Origin: Raillietiella orientalis
Lineage: Eukaryota
Direction of reading: 5' to 3'
Assembly: GCA_036172245.1 (NCBI GenBank)
Contig: JAYWIR010000033.1
Coordinates: 1,178,001-1,242,000 of the forward strand
DNA: 64,000 bases
Part shown: one piece after another, positions 25,300 to 39,000 of the stretch
How positions within the stretch are numbered: the first letter of the stretch is position 1
Layout of the letters: every line of letters starts with the position of its first letter
Made by a program: the position numbers and the translations under genes
The notes under the pieces: generated by a model
Database searches by the model: none
Told to the model about the DNA's origin: nothing
What the model saw: the letters and a program-made list of their open reading frames with translations, nothing else

Positions 25300-26500
25300 C
25301 GTGACTAAGTGGGATCGCTTCCGGAAAACCATCCTCATCCCTCCCTCCCCTACTTTTGCGGCAAACGTGGGGCCTTTCTCAGCAAAATGCCAGCCGACCA
25401 TGCAAACGTGCAACTCGACCCCGCCGCACCATCTTCACCTGAGCTGATGGCCTCCAAGAGGCGGTTGCTAGCAAGAGCTCTGGAGCTGGCACTGGCGGGA
25501 CACAGAGCGGTCCGGGAACACGGGACGTTTCCATGGGATGGATGCAGAAAGGCTTCCCTTCCCGACACGTAGGTTTTCAAGTAAGTGGAATCTGAAATCA
25601 AATGCATCAATGTCGTTCCGAACGGATGCGAACGATCGTTTAAAATCACCTGCATCTGGCTCCATCAGCAATCTCCATCGCGACCGTGGATGCTCACTCG
25701 AACACGAAGAGGAGATCGTCAGATGACGTCACAGCCTACCGGCCGGCAGGTTGCAGGCATGAAATCACGCGAGAGGAGCTCTTTGCCCAGCAATCTGCCC
25801 TCGGCAGGAGATCACGCAAAGTTCTGGACAAGGACCACTTATCCTGGAGTAGTTCGCCCATCTCTTGATCTGCTGCTGTCTTGTTCGAGCGGAAGGATCC
25901 CAGGCGTTTCTAAGCCGGCGAAAATCCATTGGCAGATTCCGTGAGAAGGTTCGTGGCACTTCGTTAGGCCGGATAATCACCAGCCTCATGTCTTCAGAGA
26001 CGGCGGAACTCTTCCCCGTGTATTCGTGTTTCCTCCAACGAGTACAAGACACACGTGGTGATGCACTTCCGTTAAATCCTGCCAAAGTGCGTTCAGCATT
26101 CCGTCTTTTCATGAATCATGAGCTACGGAGCGACTTGTGACTTCTAGAAGATCCCTGGACTTGAACGGGTGGGGTGGGGGAACACACGGAATGATTCGAA
26201 ATCAAACATTTCAATCTGCGGTGGTTGCCGGGGTGATCCACAACCAGGGAAACCACTATAGGAAGCCGGGGCAGCTCTCCTGTAGATGGAGTCAAGATCT
26301 ACACGATGCAGACGTCTTCGCGATGAGCTCAGCTTCCAGGAAGCCCGACCAGTCCATACAGAGCAGCAGAGAGCTGAAGAATGCTTGCTCCGCCCAAGCT
26401 GAGGGAAAGTTCCTTTGTGCCGCTGCCACATTTCACCAGCGGATTCTCCCTATCTTCTCGGATAGGAGCTTAGGCGCCGTGCAGCTCCATTCGGAGTTGA
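25300..26500 (-). mobile_element. Decayed LINE RT domain
   Basis: LPMDFRRLRNAWD (LDxxKAFD-like), RGQIAGQRAPLA (RGTRQGCPLS-like), SSDDL (YADD-like) and TYLK in order. Confidence 0.55.
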
Positions 26501-26999
26501 AATAAACCGCACACTAAACTTCACTGCTTCTAAATTGAGGCACGGATTTAGAGTACGATTTCATCGGAAAGCACTTTGATTCACCAAACCAGCTGTTGGC
26601 AAAGTGAGTCAGCATCGAATCAATAAAACAGCAATTCCACAGAGAGTTGGTCACTCCTTAGGAAAGCATTGGAGGATTCTCGGATGGAACGCGTTCCTCC
26701 CAATCCCTGAGCTCTAAGGATGGCAGGCAATTCAAAATGCTCACTCGACTTCTGGACCAAAGAAATGCCTAGAGGGAAGTTGGTCTCACGTGAGAAAAAG
26801 CCACGATATTTCTTAGAAGCGCAATTTCGCTTTCGACCAACAAATCACATGATGGGACAGTCCGTCCATTTTTTTCCTTTCAACCCGAAGCAGCGTCTGC
26901 TGCCATGGAAAAGGCGCTGAAATGTTTTCACGCACTTCAGAGAAGCATCCGAAGGCCAAAGAAATAGTCATCTCCTTCAGTCGAGTGCCAATTTTTCTT

Positions 27000-27245
27000 T
27001 AATGAAATCAAGTCCTCTAGGAGGACATTCTCCCAACTTTTCCCGCGACGGTTCTCGGATACACAGCTGCTGCGGAAAGATTCAACCGTCCTTATCACAA
27101 AATCCACAGGGAAGGGCTAAGCAGGAGCTTCTTTCTTCTTGGCACTTCTGGTTTTTCAGGGATTCTTTTACCCTCTTCCTTGCAGTTTCCTTTTTTGTTT
27201 TTCTTTGAAAAAAGCAAACGTCCCGGCGTAACCGGGCTCGGACCT
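27000..27245 (+). mobile_element. Tx1-like 3' UTR/terminus
   Basis: T-rich tract then AAACGTCCCGGCGTAACC, the terminal motif shared with other copies. Confidence 0.45.
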
Positions 27246-28420
27246 ATAGTAACCTAAGCTTTCTCACCTAGCTTAGAATAACTTTCCTGCAGTTAGTTAC
27301 TCTTTAGCAAGGCCATAGTAGTGAAAGATCTTTAAATAAAACGTGCCCCACTAACTAAGGGTAGGGCTAAGTGGGTCTCGCCATGACAGAACCAACCTGT
27401 CCGACGCATCCATCGTAGCCCTTGCGACACCTCTACTAATAGGTCCATCAAACCTGAGTGAACCGGGTCCACTTTACCCCGGTCCAGCCTGATCTAAAGC
27501 AGTCCTACTTGAGGAGCAATTCCTTCCGCTCTTTCCTGAAGTGATTAACGTGAGCTCTCACGGAAAATTCATTTATCGGGAATCCTTAATTAGGAACAAA
27601 AGTGAACGAGGAAAAAAAAAAAAAAAAAAAGAAAACAAAAGCGCTCACAAATTACCAGAAAATCCCTCTTCCTGTTTTCGAAACGGAAATTCAGTCATCC
27701 TGCTTCATTCACCTACGAGTCTTTCCTCCCTTGTTCTCCACGGCAGGGCGAGATTGAAGGGTTGCACCATGAAGCATGCCAACGGTTCGAAAGGGTTTTG
27801 ATTATCATCTTCGCCACCATCTGAGAGTGTTTTCGTGGTCCCTCCTGGAGAGCAGTTCATTTAAGAAAGAGCGGCTTTTCCCCCAGACTCCCACTTGGAT
27901 TCCGAAAAACCCAGATGGACTTTGAGGCTCGGATGAGGGAGCCGCATCCGAGCCTCAAAGTGCATCTAAGCAGGGTCAGGGGTCAAAAAAAGCTCTGTGC
28001 TTCTCGCCATGAGAGCAAGGCGATTACTCCGGTCGACGCCATCGTCAGAAAAGCAAAGCAAAGGAAACGCAAACCGAAAGACATTCCGAATGGTTTCCTG
28101 CTTCTGCACTAGAACCAGTCGAAGATGCTATTAGAGTCTTCATAGGTACGGACGAAGAAAAGAAGAGCGAAGATGATTTGACAAGCAGCTTTATCGTTGT
28201 TAATGTGTGCAATTACATAGTTGGTTGCAGGGAGCTCTTTACGCTGCGGGGAGCAGTGCACGAAGGTTGGAGCCCCCTACGCATGCGTCTTCCACCTGCA
28301 ACCAATGCGTCTGCGTCTCTGTCCTTCGCCTTCGATGACGAGATCTGTTTCCCAGGACAGAGAAGGACGACACACCGTTCTTCACGGATGGTATCCAAGG
28401 AAGTTCCCTGCTAAGGTGAA

Positions 28421-29400
28421 GTGGCACGTTTCACCATCGGTCACTCCCCATCGAGCAAGTTGAACGATAGTCATCTGCGTCAGGACACTTTCCCGGATGC
28501 CCTACTTTTAAGGGAGACTTTTAGGTACCTAATATACACTGCAACATGCTCAAACACGTCGTGGCATCCTTCTCGGCACCAAGTGTCCAGGATCTTGCTC
28601 GTGCACTCGCTGCCGCCACCGAGATCTGAGCCGACAGCTCCCCAAGCGAGCTCCTCCGAACTCTTTCGCGACCGCGACCTTTGCTGTGGAGACCCTGCTA
28701 CACCTCAGAACCAGAGGAACCCGTCTTCTTCCAACGAGGGGATGCCGGAAGGCGGGAAACGGTCTCATCTGTCGGGAGGTTTCGTTGACGGGTGGGGTTC
28801 TCTTCGGTGCCAGTTGTTTCTGCAGCTGAGACACATTGCACTTCACCTCTGCTTACGGAAATGGGCCCACTGGGTGCTCGTGGATCCCAGCTTCAGCGTT
28901 CAGGCACGCTAAACTTCGCTCCCATCTCAAGTTTGGCAATAGGTCGGGGGTCATTCCAGCACGGAGGACTCCGATCATTCGCTCTATCGCATGAAGAGCC
29001 CCCTTTTCCCTTCGCTTCGAGGACCTCCGGCTACCCCTAGTAAAATTTCCAAGGAAGCCAGCGCCACCCGATGGTTCGATCCGCCTTCCGCCCCTACACC
29101 CAGGTCTTCCTTCCGCTACGGACGTCCACCCGATCTTCCCCTGTCTTCACCCTGCCCAGAGGAATGGTTCAGGCAGTCTTGGCACTTGTGTTCGATCATT
29201 GGCTTCAGCCCCAGGGTTTCGAGGCGGGACGGAGGCTGGGACGAGAATTCTGGGAGGACGAACTCGGCATCCACTTCTTAGCTCAGCTGGCCAATCGACA
29301 GAGTGACTCCTGGAGCGGGAACGCTTCTGCCGGAAGTGTTCCGCGGCTGCTTGCAATCAAGGCCAGCAGAAGCTGACGGGGAAAAAAAATGCGTAATGTC
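28421..29400 (+). mobile_element. Tx1-like endonuclease relic
   Basis: PDALLLRET (DVxLLQET) near start, DSDHSL (SDH) at ~28970; nucleotide similarity to 36400-36630. Confidence 0.65.
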
Positions 29401-30099
29401 TGGACGAGCGGGTGCGCCAGACGAGTGAAGGGAAAACTTGGCAGCTGATAAATTGGAAGCTGATGGAACCGATACCGGGATCAGGGGTCGTTTCCCCTTA
29501 GTCGAGGAAGGAAAGCATATTTCTTCGTGGAGCCGCTGCTAAAAACTCGTCGGCTAGTCCGAGCTGTGGATCTTCGTTGCCAAATTACCGTTACTTGATG
29601 CGGGGAGTAAACAGCCGCAACTGCGACAGCAAGCTCGGAAGGAGCTCGGAGGCATGTTCTTCGGGAAAATTCGGGAATCTCAGAGTCAAGCCAGACGGGA
29701 AGCATCCCACGTTTTCTGTATTGCTGTAAAGGAATTTTTCGGATACAATGGGTGAGCAACGTAGAATCGCCATTTTGGCTCATGGTTTCCTTGATCCTTA
29801 AAACTTGTACATCACCAGCGGCTGGTGACACTCAGAAATAGGCATGGACGCTCCTGACCAACAAGAACCGGCAACTCTTAGGGAAGTTTTGAAAGGAACA
29901 AAGAAAGGATGCAAACACACACGTGTCTGTGCTGATTTTCCTAAGAGACTACGCGGCCTCTCCTATTCAACGGGCGAGGTCCAAAGCTGCTTGAAGACAT
30001 TGGCACCCAAACCTCAAACCTCCGCGGGTCCAGCAGCACGGAATTCGCCTCGAAAAGCGTTGCGCTTCCCTGTAAAGAAGACCGGCGGATGACGTCAGA

Positions 30100-30740
30100 G
30101 TTCATCGAAGGAAAGTTCAATCAACAAGTATGATGCCCTTACTTGGCGAGGTGGTGCCATTTCTGCATTGGGACTTCCAGTGCAGCCAGCGTGGGCAACT
30201 GGTTTCCGGGGAGTTGCGTCCTGAAACTGTTTAAGTTGAGGAAGGATCGAGTGGTTCCCTGCGGGGTCTTGCAGCAGCTGTAGGAGACCAGCATCAGCGC
30301 TCCTGCAGCTGGAGTACACCGCCAAAGACTTGCTGTGAAGATTCCTTACGAGAGGGGGAGTCATGACAATGTGTTGCATCCGTTCCATCGCCACATCCCG
30401 CCGTGTGCTGGAGTCAGGGACGCGGAGGAGGGAGGTCACCTGAATGATGCAGCCTGCATGAGGACGGCTGAGAGGTGGCCTCACTTGCAAAACGATGTCG
30501 AGTCGGAGACCGCCGACATTCCACTCCGGTACTGAGCCAGTGCTAAGGAAACCTACCTCCACCCTCCCTTTATTTATTTATTCATCGTCTCTTCCTTTTT
30601 CTTTAGGACTCGCTGAGTAACCGACCTGCGTGCCAGTGATCTCTTCCCACGACCTTGTTGTTTCCCATGAGAACTGAGTCACCAGTTTGTTTGTTTATTT
30701 TTATTTTGAATGAACAACCCGTAGTGAAAAATCAAGGGAA
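30100..30740 (+). mobile_element. Tx1-like 3' end
   Basis: MRTAERWPHL matches LRTAARWTHL of other copies; UTR core CCGACCTGCGTG; T-rich tail. Confidence 0.65.
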
Positions 30741-30749
30741 GGCCATGTC

Positions 30750-31500
30750 ACGACAGCATCGCGTAGCAGCACACTAAACACACTCCGTGCTTAATGGAGA
30801 ACACCTGAGATTTTCCATCTGTGCGGGAAGGGCCCACCAGAATCGGCAATGATCGCACGTTCAGGAGCTGAATGTTTGGTAAGAATCCCAACAGCCACAT
30901 ACTCGGCCACTTTACTGGAAACTCGCATACGGTTTCCAAGTGGCATAATGGACCGATTGCCAGGTTATCCAGGAAATATGGAGGCTTGAAGACGGCCCAT
31001 CCCGGCAATAGGTGCCAAACTACGACCTCTCTTGATGCTCCAGGGAGACAAACGTGCTATCACTCTGGGCCTTCCTTGTTCCTACGAATGGTCTGCGGCA
31101 GGCCCAGAGGCAAGCCGACGCAATGACAAAAAGTACTGGGGATCGGCTCTCCCCTACTCTCTTAAAGACAAGCACGAACGATCGGCCGTAGGACCCCTCA
31201 AGAAAAGAAACGTCATGACGCAGCCCACAATGCTTAGAGAAGGGGCGGAGCGCATCAGGTGAGAAATGGAGCCCTCGAACGCACAGTTCTCCGAGGAGAT
31301 AATCCTGGAAGCGCAAGTCGGACCGCCGGCTGGAATGAAGGACCACAGCCTCGTAGGGAGGAGGAAATGGAGAGAGCAGAGTGATCGCGGAAAAAGTAAA
31401 AAAAATCTTCGCCAGCCCTATTCTGTACTCTTTGATGGGATTGTTTGTAAATAGCAGATGCACACCAAACGCAGAGACGTCAGCAGCCGCCCTGTGTCGT
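30750..31500 (-). mobile_element. Tx1-like endonuclease relic
   Basis: Antisense SLVGRR signature shared with the 28.7 kb and 52.2 kb EN copies; QLLNVRSL resembles WKLNxxLL. Confidence 0.4.
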
Positions 31501-32129
31501 ACTGCGCTTGGTGTGCATGTCACCAGCCACGTCACCAGCCAGCAGCTAATGCTTCCTGATATGCATGATACATCTCACGACGAAGGCGTCGCACGAATCT
31601 AATAGAAGAATGACACAAGTCTAAGTGTTAGCATAACAGACGGTTTCTTAGAAATTAGCTGGTAGCCAAAGAATGCGGAGGAGAGTTTCGACGGTTTTCA
31701 TCGAGATGACTTCTTTTAGATAATTCAATATTAGGTTTGGTTTCAAACCCTTTTAAGATGAAGTGTACTGCAACGAGGCCGCCCACTGCTTTTGCTTCCG
31801 TGGGTGCTGATGCCTCGCTCTGTCTGGACGTGTCTCAATGGAGAAACCTCTAGTTCGTTTCGCAGAAGATTACTCATCCTTCGCAAAATGGGAAGAATAG
31901 AAAGAGTTTCAGGCAGTACAAGAGAGGTGACCCTATCTACGCTACAGAAAAGCAAGCTTCAAGCATCCCATCCACTTCCGAAAAGTAGTTTCATGAACTG
32001 GCCGCCAGATGGGGTGACGCATCAGATATTAAGCTGATTAGAGATGATTTTATTTGTAAAAGCCGAAGCAACATCAAGAAAAGTAGGTAGGCGTTGGCTC
32101 TCTACTGAGGGTGTGGGCTCGGCAAGGTC

Positions 32130-33395
32130 GAAAATTCGCTCCAGGGACCTGCTTGTACCACGAAGGGATGCAGAACTCAGCATCCCCATCTCAAAGAAGA
32201 TGTAGCTCCAGCTCCAGGTCAGGACGGTGGCTGTGATGGCCGAGTACCGGGTGCAGCTTTGGCGCCTGCCTGCGCACGAAATCCTGAGGTGCACGACCTG
32301 TTGTCAAGTGGGAATGACGCCGTTGCTACCTCGCAACCGAGGCCGCGTCAAGTCGCTCGAACTCCCACTGAGGCAGATGGCTGCCCTCGAGGAAGAACAC
32401 CAATGGATCTCCTGCCGAAGCGGCACACCACAATGCTTGGCGGCAGGAGGCAGATCACTGCGAATCTGAATCCCCATCACGCGTCCTAAGCCACGCCCGT
32501 GCTTCTCATCAGCGAACTGAGGCCCGTCTTCCTGGTGGCAATGGACCACAGGAATCTGAACCACTGCCAGTTACTACTCCATCTTTCCTACGAAAAAGAA
32601 ACGGCAGCTGCCGACCTGTGACCTCGTGTTACGAAATTGATGCGTCAGTGGACGCCGGCTGATTGTCTGACGCGGTCCCTCACCCGGTGCCAGCGCTACA
32701 GGGCCGCGGCGCTGGTCGGTATACCTGGAGGTTGTCGCCGCTGCCCTCTGTCTGGAGAGCTATGCGCTCCCTCCTCTCTCCGATGGCGGCATGAGGGCGT
32801 CCCTCGAAACCAGATTTGCGTCTCCCCGAACCGTTCAGTCCACGGGCGGGTGGGAACTCCCACGCACCTGCTGCCGACCTGCGGTGGCCTTCCGAGCGCG
32901 TGGAGCCGCCTCCCGGCTGCCCTCCTTCGACCCGGGGACACGCCGGAAGCGCTTCCTCGGCGCTGGGTCACTCGTGGTGGGCTTCCGCCTGCTTCCCCGA
33001 CCTCCCCATCCTGTGCTGCGTGAGGAGGACTGCGGCACCCCGGAACACGCAGGAGGCGCTCCAGCAAGGAAGGAGGAGCGCACGCTTCAACTCGGCAGCA
33101 AGGAGGAACGTGGCAAAATTGGCCTTTGGAGAGTGAAAGAAGACGCCGTCTGCGTTGCACGCAGGTTTCAGAAGGGCGCAGAGGGTGTGACCACTGACTT
33201 GTTTATTCCCTCTTCTATTTGTTTGTTTGCGTTTTTCTTCCTTTCACCCTCTTTGTCCTTTGGTGTAGCTGACCTGAAAGTCGGTGGTTTTCTCTCTTTT
33301 TCTTTGCCTTTTCTGGATTTCTCATGTGACGGTGGATTACAGGTCCATGCTGCCAGTTTGTTTTTCTCCTTTGAATGGTGAAATTTCCGGGGAAA
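32130..33395 (+). mobile_element. Tx1-like post-RT region and 3' end
   Basis: TPTHLLPTCGGLPSAW zinc motif; GAGGACTGCGGC motif shared with other copies; pyrimidine-rich UTR. Confidence 0.7.
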
Positions 33396-33959
33396 GCGTG
33401 TGGAAGTGGTCGGTATGCCGTGTGATGGGAGAGAAACTTTGCTTCCAGGAGATCTGATGATAGAAAATCTCAGTTGTCTAGACAGAAAAAAAAAAAATAT
33501 ATATGGGAAACCATGGAAAGAGCAAAACCAAGTGCGACCTCCGTTCCAGAAGCGCTTCGGCTGGATGTGTCTAGAAGAAAGTCTTCCCCATCGATCGTTT
33601 TGGCCGCATTCACCTCAGGCAAAATCATCGGTGAAAATATTGAATGACGTTGTGAAAACTCGGTCGTATGGAACCTCCAGAGATGCTTCATCTGAGATCT
33701 GGAAATTGGCAGTGAACGATCGGAGCTCCAGCCATCACGGTTTTCCGATGCTGAGGTCTTGATGGCTTCCTAGGCGCCGAACATCTGAGGCACTGAAACA
33801 GTGATCTCAGCGAAGCTTGTCACTCTCAAACGCTGGAACGCTCACACAACTTCATGTAGCACAAGAGCTCCATGTTCGCAGCTTCACATCTCCTGAAACC
33901 TGTCTCGGAAAAAGACGAAAGTGCTTAGTACGAGAGCCCACTCATAGTTGTGCCAAGCG

Positions 33960-34580
33960 CTGAAGAACCGCTCGCTTCCTCAGGAGGGACTCACGGATCT
34001 CTCCAACGCTGTCCACGCCATCCGAGGGTGCGTGTAGTCACTCTTCAAGTCAGGGGGTATCCTGGGACGGGACTACATCATGTGTACATTCCTCTCTTAC
34101 TCTTAGGAGGCAACTCCGGAGGGGAATCTCCTCTTCCTTATTCTATCCGGAGGGATTCCCTGGATGGAGCCTCTTCATTATTTCTTCTCCGGAGAAAATC
34201 CGGAAAGGAATCGCTCTTTGAATTTCTCCTTCGGAGTGGGAGCCCTGGTTACTCCCCTGGAGAGAACTGCGGAGGGCACTCCCTGAAGGGAGCAGCACAC
34301 TTCTTGCACTCTAGAGAGATATGAATCCACCAACTCCATGGTACGAGATGGAGATGGTTTCTTCGAGGGACGTTTGCACAACCGGAGGGGGTCCACGAAG
34401 GGAACCGCGACTCCTTCATTCCTAATAGGACCCAGAAGGTCAGTAAACGGAGGTATCCGCTTTCTAACCTCCACCAGTGCCGCACCTGAAGCCTCCATGC
34501 CAACAAGCGTCGTCCCTCGGGGCAAACTCGGAACCCGCGACGCACCCATTTCTTTGGTGTTGATCCCTTATTTCCACTTG
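33960..34580 (-). mobile_element. SINE-like family, copy D (head missing, abutted by a LINE 3' end)
   Basis: AATCCACCAACTCCATGGTACGAGA and TTTGCACAACCGGAGGG nearly identical to copy A; family tail present. Confidence 0.75.
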
Positions 34581-35480
34581 GTCACGCCGAGGCGTTTATT
34601 ATGAAAAAAAATGCTTTCCTTCGTAGTGAATTCACGTCACCACTGCGAAGGAAGATGTCTCAGAGCAGCTCTGCGATGAGATCTGCACAGGGGGGGGGCG
34701 TGCAAGAGGGGGTGAGCAAAAACAAACAAACCAAACAAAGACTGAAAAGTTCAGTTTAAAAAGGGGGGAAGGCCATGGGAAGGGATTGCAGATTCCTTCC
34801 TGGCGTCCACAGCATCCTCTGGAGGACGTGGGCAACATCCTCCTTTTGTTGGCGGAGAGGTGGCAATCCTGTCGCCTTCCTCACGAAGGAGCAGGCAATC
34901 GCGTTGATCTCACCGTTCGACTGGCTTCTTGGGGAGCGTCCTCTCGTCGCCATGACCCCATGAGGGCAGCACGAGGCTGAAGGGGAGGAAGCTGCAGGAG
35001 ACATCGAGTCGCGCGCGAAGAGGCACCGCAAGATCTCTCTGCCGTTGCCCATCGGAAGTAGGAAGGGTTGCAGCGAAGCGTCCCCAGACGTTCAGGAGGG
35101 CAACGCAATCCAACAGCAGGTGCGGGAAGGTTTCCCGTTCCCCGCACCTGGCGCAGTCTGGGACCGCACTCCCCTCGTCCAGAGGTGGACTCGTGCAACG
35201 CACGAGATGGCTCAGCGCAGCAACCGCAATGCCGAATCCTGCCACTCCAGGGAAAGCGTGGGGCTGTCCACAAACACTGGAGGAATCCCTTCAGGAGGAA
35301 TGTCTTCGAGTTCCACCCAGCGACGAATCCCTTCGGGGGAGGCGGCGGCGAGGGTACATGTGTCAGCCGGTTGACGCGCAGACCAGCATCCCAGCGTCGA
35401 TCCTTTACGGGTGAACCTCCGTAAAGGAGGCATCGGACTAAGTGACTCGAAGATGCCGCTCACTCTGCTCAGCAATGGCA
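34580..35480 (-). mobile_element. Tx1-like 3' end
   Basis: PDCARCGERETFPHLLLDCVALLNVW zinc motif; terminus AATAAACGCCTCGGCGTGACC. Confidence 0.85.
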
Positions 35481-36960
35481 GCGTTCATTCTGTGATGTTA
35501 GACAGCCTTTCCGGATTTCCGACTTTTATCTTCTCTTTTCAGCCAACCTGAGATCTCAAGTTGTCATGCTGGGTGGATAGAAATCTCGACCTTCGTTTCA
35601 CTCGTACACGTGTTCATTTCCAAAAGACGCAAAAAGACCGCAAGGGGAGGACCACATTGCCTATGCTGCCTGAGGTGGTTGGTCCGATACAGCTGGAGAT
35701 GGAAAGTGAAAGCAAGAGGTTCAAAACACGGGCTGCTAGATGTCCAAGTGTTGGTTACTCTTCAGCAAATCTCACACCCTGAAATCATCCTGTGGCTACC
35801 TGATGAAAGGCTGTTGCCATGGCACTCCGTTCCGCATCGGACCCCCAAGATCTCGCTGGAGTATTCGCTATTACTACCAAGATGCGCGCCGGGGGCGGCT
35901 CCAGATGATCACGACCCCAAACCCTTCTGCGCGCACCTTCGCAACTCTACCACTTGCCGGAACTCGCCATTCTTCGGAAGCGGAAATTCGGAAGACGAGA
36001 ACGATCTTGTTTCGGCCGTTGGATGCGGACTTGGCGCTTGAGCGCCCTCGGAGCAGGTTGCTTCGGCTTGCAAGTCGTTGCTCACTTCTCAGAAGACATC
36101 GACTTCTGTGGCCACCATCCTGCTATGCATAGCAACAAACATCTTTCATGGTATCTGATAAGCGTCGCATTTGATTCATCCTACGGTGCCACTTCTGATT
36201 ACCAAAGTCGGCCCACTGGGAGCTCATGGATTCGGCAGTCAAAGCTTTAGCGTTTAAGGAAGCCTGACTTCTCACTCGTCTGCATTTTGAGAATGGGTTG
36301 AGGTTATTTCGTTCCCCAAGGTGAGATGAGAACGACCATCCTACAGTTTAATCATCGGGTGAGACTCTGCTCTACTTTTTTTAAAAGCTTTTCAGATACT
36401 CAAGACACAGTGCAGCATGCTCAAACACATCATGGCATGCCGCTCAGCACCGGCTCTCCAAACCTTGCTCTTCCAAGGGCCTCGATGGTGCATTCGCTGC
36501 CGCGACCGAGATCTGAGCCGACATCGCCCCAGGCGAGCTTCCCCAAGCGCTCCCGCTGCTGCGTCTCTTGCTGCGACGACCCTGCTACACCTCAGAGCAA
36601 GAGGAACGTGCCGTCTCCTAACGATGCAGCCGCACTCTGTCCGGAGGTTTGGTAGACATGTGAGCTCTCTTCGAAGCCCCTTGCTTCGAAGAGAGCCCTA
36701 GAGGGTTCCGCCTTCCGTGGTTGGCACAGTCCTGCATGCCATAGCAGTCGACACTTTCCATGGGACGAGAAGAGCGTCGCACCCTACTTGGGATTCACTC
36801 CACGGCGGCAGTACTGCCTACCAGCATGGGACCCTCCGGAAGACGACAGAAGACGCTTTCAAAGGCGGAAGTCAGGGCTCCAGAGTGCAGGCAGGATGAC
36901 TGTCCGTCTATTTCAAGTTTGGAAAGAGCAAGCCTTGCAGGCTGAGCGGGCAGTTTTCCG
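35480..36960 (+). mobile_element. Tx1-like 5' part: possible ORF1 followed by endonuclease
   Basis: 36400-36630 is clearly similar to EN copy 28545-28740 (CATGCTCAAACAC, CCGAGATCTGAGCCGACA, GACCCTGCTACACCTCAGA). ORF1 assignment of 35480-36300 is weak. Confidence 0.5.
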
Positions 36961-37949
36961 TCGAAAAGAAGAGTGAGAAAAGGGTGCAGATGTGCTTGAA
37001 ATGGCCCGAAGCGAAGGAAACGGCTGAGTTAGTCACCGAATCACAGAGTCCCTGCACTTTTATCAACCACTTCGGTTGTTTTAGATGATTGCGGACGCAC
37101 GTGGAATGGCTGCCTCTTTGAAACTTGGCGTGGATCGGAGTGTCCTTTTGGAAAACTCTACAAATCTGAAGTTCTAGCTCGGAAAACTCGAACGCCTTCC
37201 AATGTTAAAAAAGTCAGCACCAGCAAAAGTCTTGCCAAGAGCGCCCAACTGGGAAAGTGGAGAGGCGTGGTGCTCACTTCTAGGGCTGCTGCGTCGTTCG
37301 TGTGCGCCGAATATCTATCAGACGACAGCGGCAGGAAGGATGAATTCCTCGGAGTGTTCCTATAGGCAAAGCTATTAGTGCTGAGATCTTCGTAACTGTG
37401 AGACGGATTCTCTTGCGAGTTAGCTGGAGTAGTCGGATAGCATGCGGTAATCCACCTGGTTGAGTAAATTGATGAGATCCAAAAGTAGTAGTAGTATATA
37501 TAAAGCCTTCAACCAGTGCTATTCACCGGGCACAACGAAGAGCGAAGAGAGCAAAACGAAAAACATCTCTGCTGATGCATTCTGTTCCATCCACTGAATT
37601 CAATGAGGACTGTAGCAAGAAAGATTAAGCACCATTTGCCCTGTCTATTAAGGCTTGAGTTTGATAAGGGCGCTTATCGATTATGGCCAACTGCCAGCAC
37701 TTGCGAAGAAGTTGCAAAGAAGGCCTGGGCCAACCAGCAAACTGACCGGAAAACACACACACACAGAGTAAGAGGAATTTCAGGCTAAATCTATTCTGGC
37801 CAGTGTTTCCTTGAGGTTTCCCAAGACTTTCCTGTAATTAAGAAAAGCTCAGTTTGGCATGTCTTTTGCTATTCCGACGTCTGCTTCACAAGGAAATGAA
37901 GATATCCTCAGAACCTCGTCAGTAATGCTCGGAGTTCGACGTTCGTCGG

Positions 37950-38560
37950 TTCTCGTGTGTGCGTGCGGACTTTTCAGCATCCTCGGTTCGTGTAAACACT
38001 GCGTGTTCTTCCGTGCAAAGATCGATCACTTCAGTTTTTGCAGGCGCTTTTTATCGTTCGAATTCAATGATCGAATGCACCTTCCCGGCGTACAGATGCA
38101 TCCCAGAGAAAAATTAGCCAGAGATTCCAGAGGAAACGAATGCATTGGAACTTGCACAGGAATTCCTCTTCCGGAAACTTCATCCATCATTACCATAATG
38201 AATTCGATGGCACGGGCTCATTTTTCAGAACGCTCAGATTGAATTTAAATCGCTAAAAATAGACTCCAGCATTAATTTTTCGCTCTCAGCATCCGGGAAA
38301 CAGCAATACACGACAGAGTGGACTTTGATGCTAACAGGATGAATTCGGTTCGCAGTGACATCAAGGAGAAGTCCTTGAGAGAATCATTTAGATAAGTTTC
38401 TGTAAATCCAGCGCGAGGAGAGCCTTCTTAGACGAAAGAGGACATCAGTCTAATTCCAAATTGCTGAACTGATAGGCAATACGATTTTCCGAATGGCGAC
38501 ATTCCCTTTTGTTCTTAAACGTGGATGCTTCAGGACCGATCGCTCGGTCTAATGCTACGA
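37950..38560 (+). mobile_element. L1-like ORF1 relic
   Basis: RMHLPGV (NLRIxGVPE-like) and MARAHF (IERAHR-like) in ORF 37859..38242. Confidence 0.4.
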
Positions 38561-38629
38561 TTCCCAAACGTTTCTCATCCTCAAACGGTAGATCGAATTC
38601 GTTCTGTGCGCAATAAGCACACAGTTCTC

Positions 38630-39000
38630 AAGCCCTCCATGTCCCTATAAAAGTATCTGGAAGGTGGTAATGCATTCTGCAGCAGGCTCCGAGGATGCTG
38701 CTAATTTGAGGTTCATCCCATAAGTGCAGTAGTTGGAAGAGCCTCCTCCAGAAGTCACCAGAAATATCCAAACAGGAAGTGTGGATTTTCACCGCGTTCT
38801 GGTGGAGGAGCTGAACTTGGCCTCTCAGGGAATCAGAGCACAGCTGGACACAGGTGTGTCTTGGAGGAGAAATCAAGTGGGAGTCAGTCAAAAGTCCCGT
38901 TCCGTGATGCATCAAGCTGGAAGGTTCCCTGGTGGGGCAGCGCAAACAATTCGAAAAGAAAAGCTTCGTATTATGGGAAGTGTATGAACAAGAGAGGAAT
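38630..39000 (-). mobile_element. L1-like ORF2 C-terminal relic
   Basis: HTSCLDISGDFWRRL resembles HxxxxCxxxxxFW. Confidence 0.4.
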
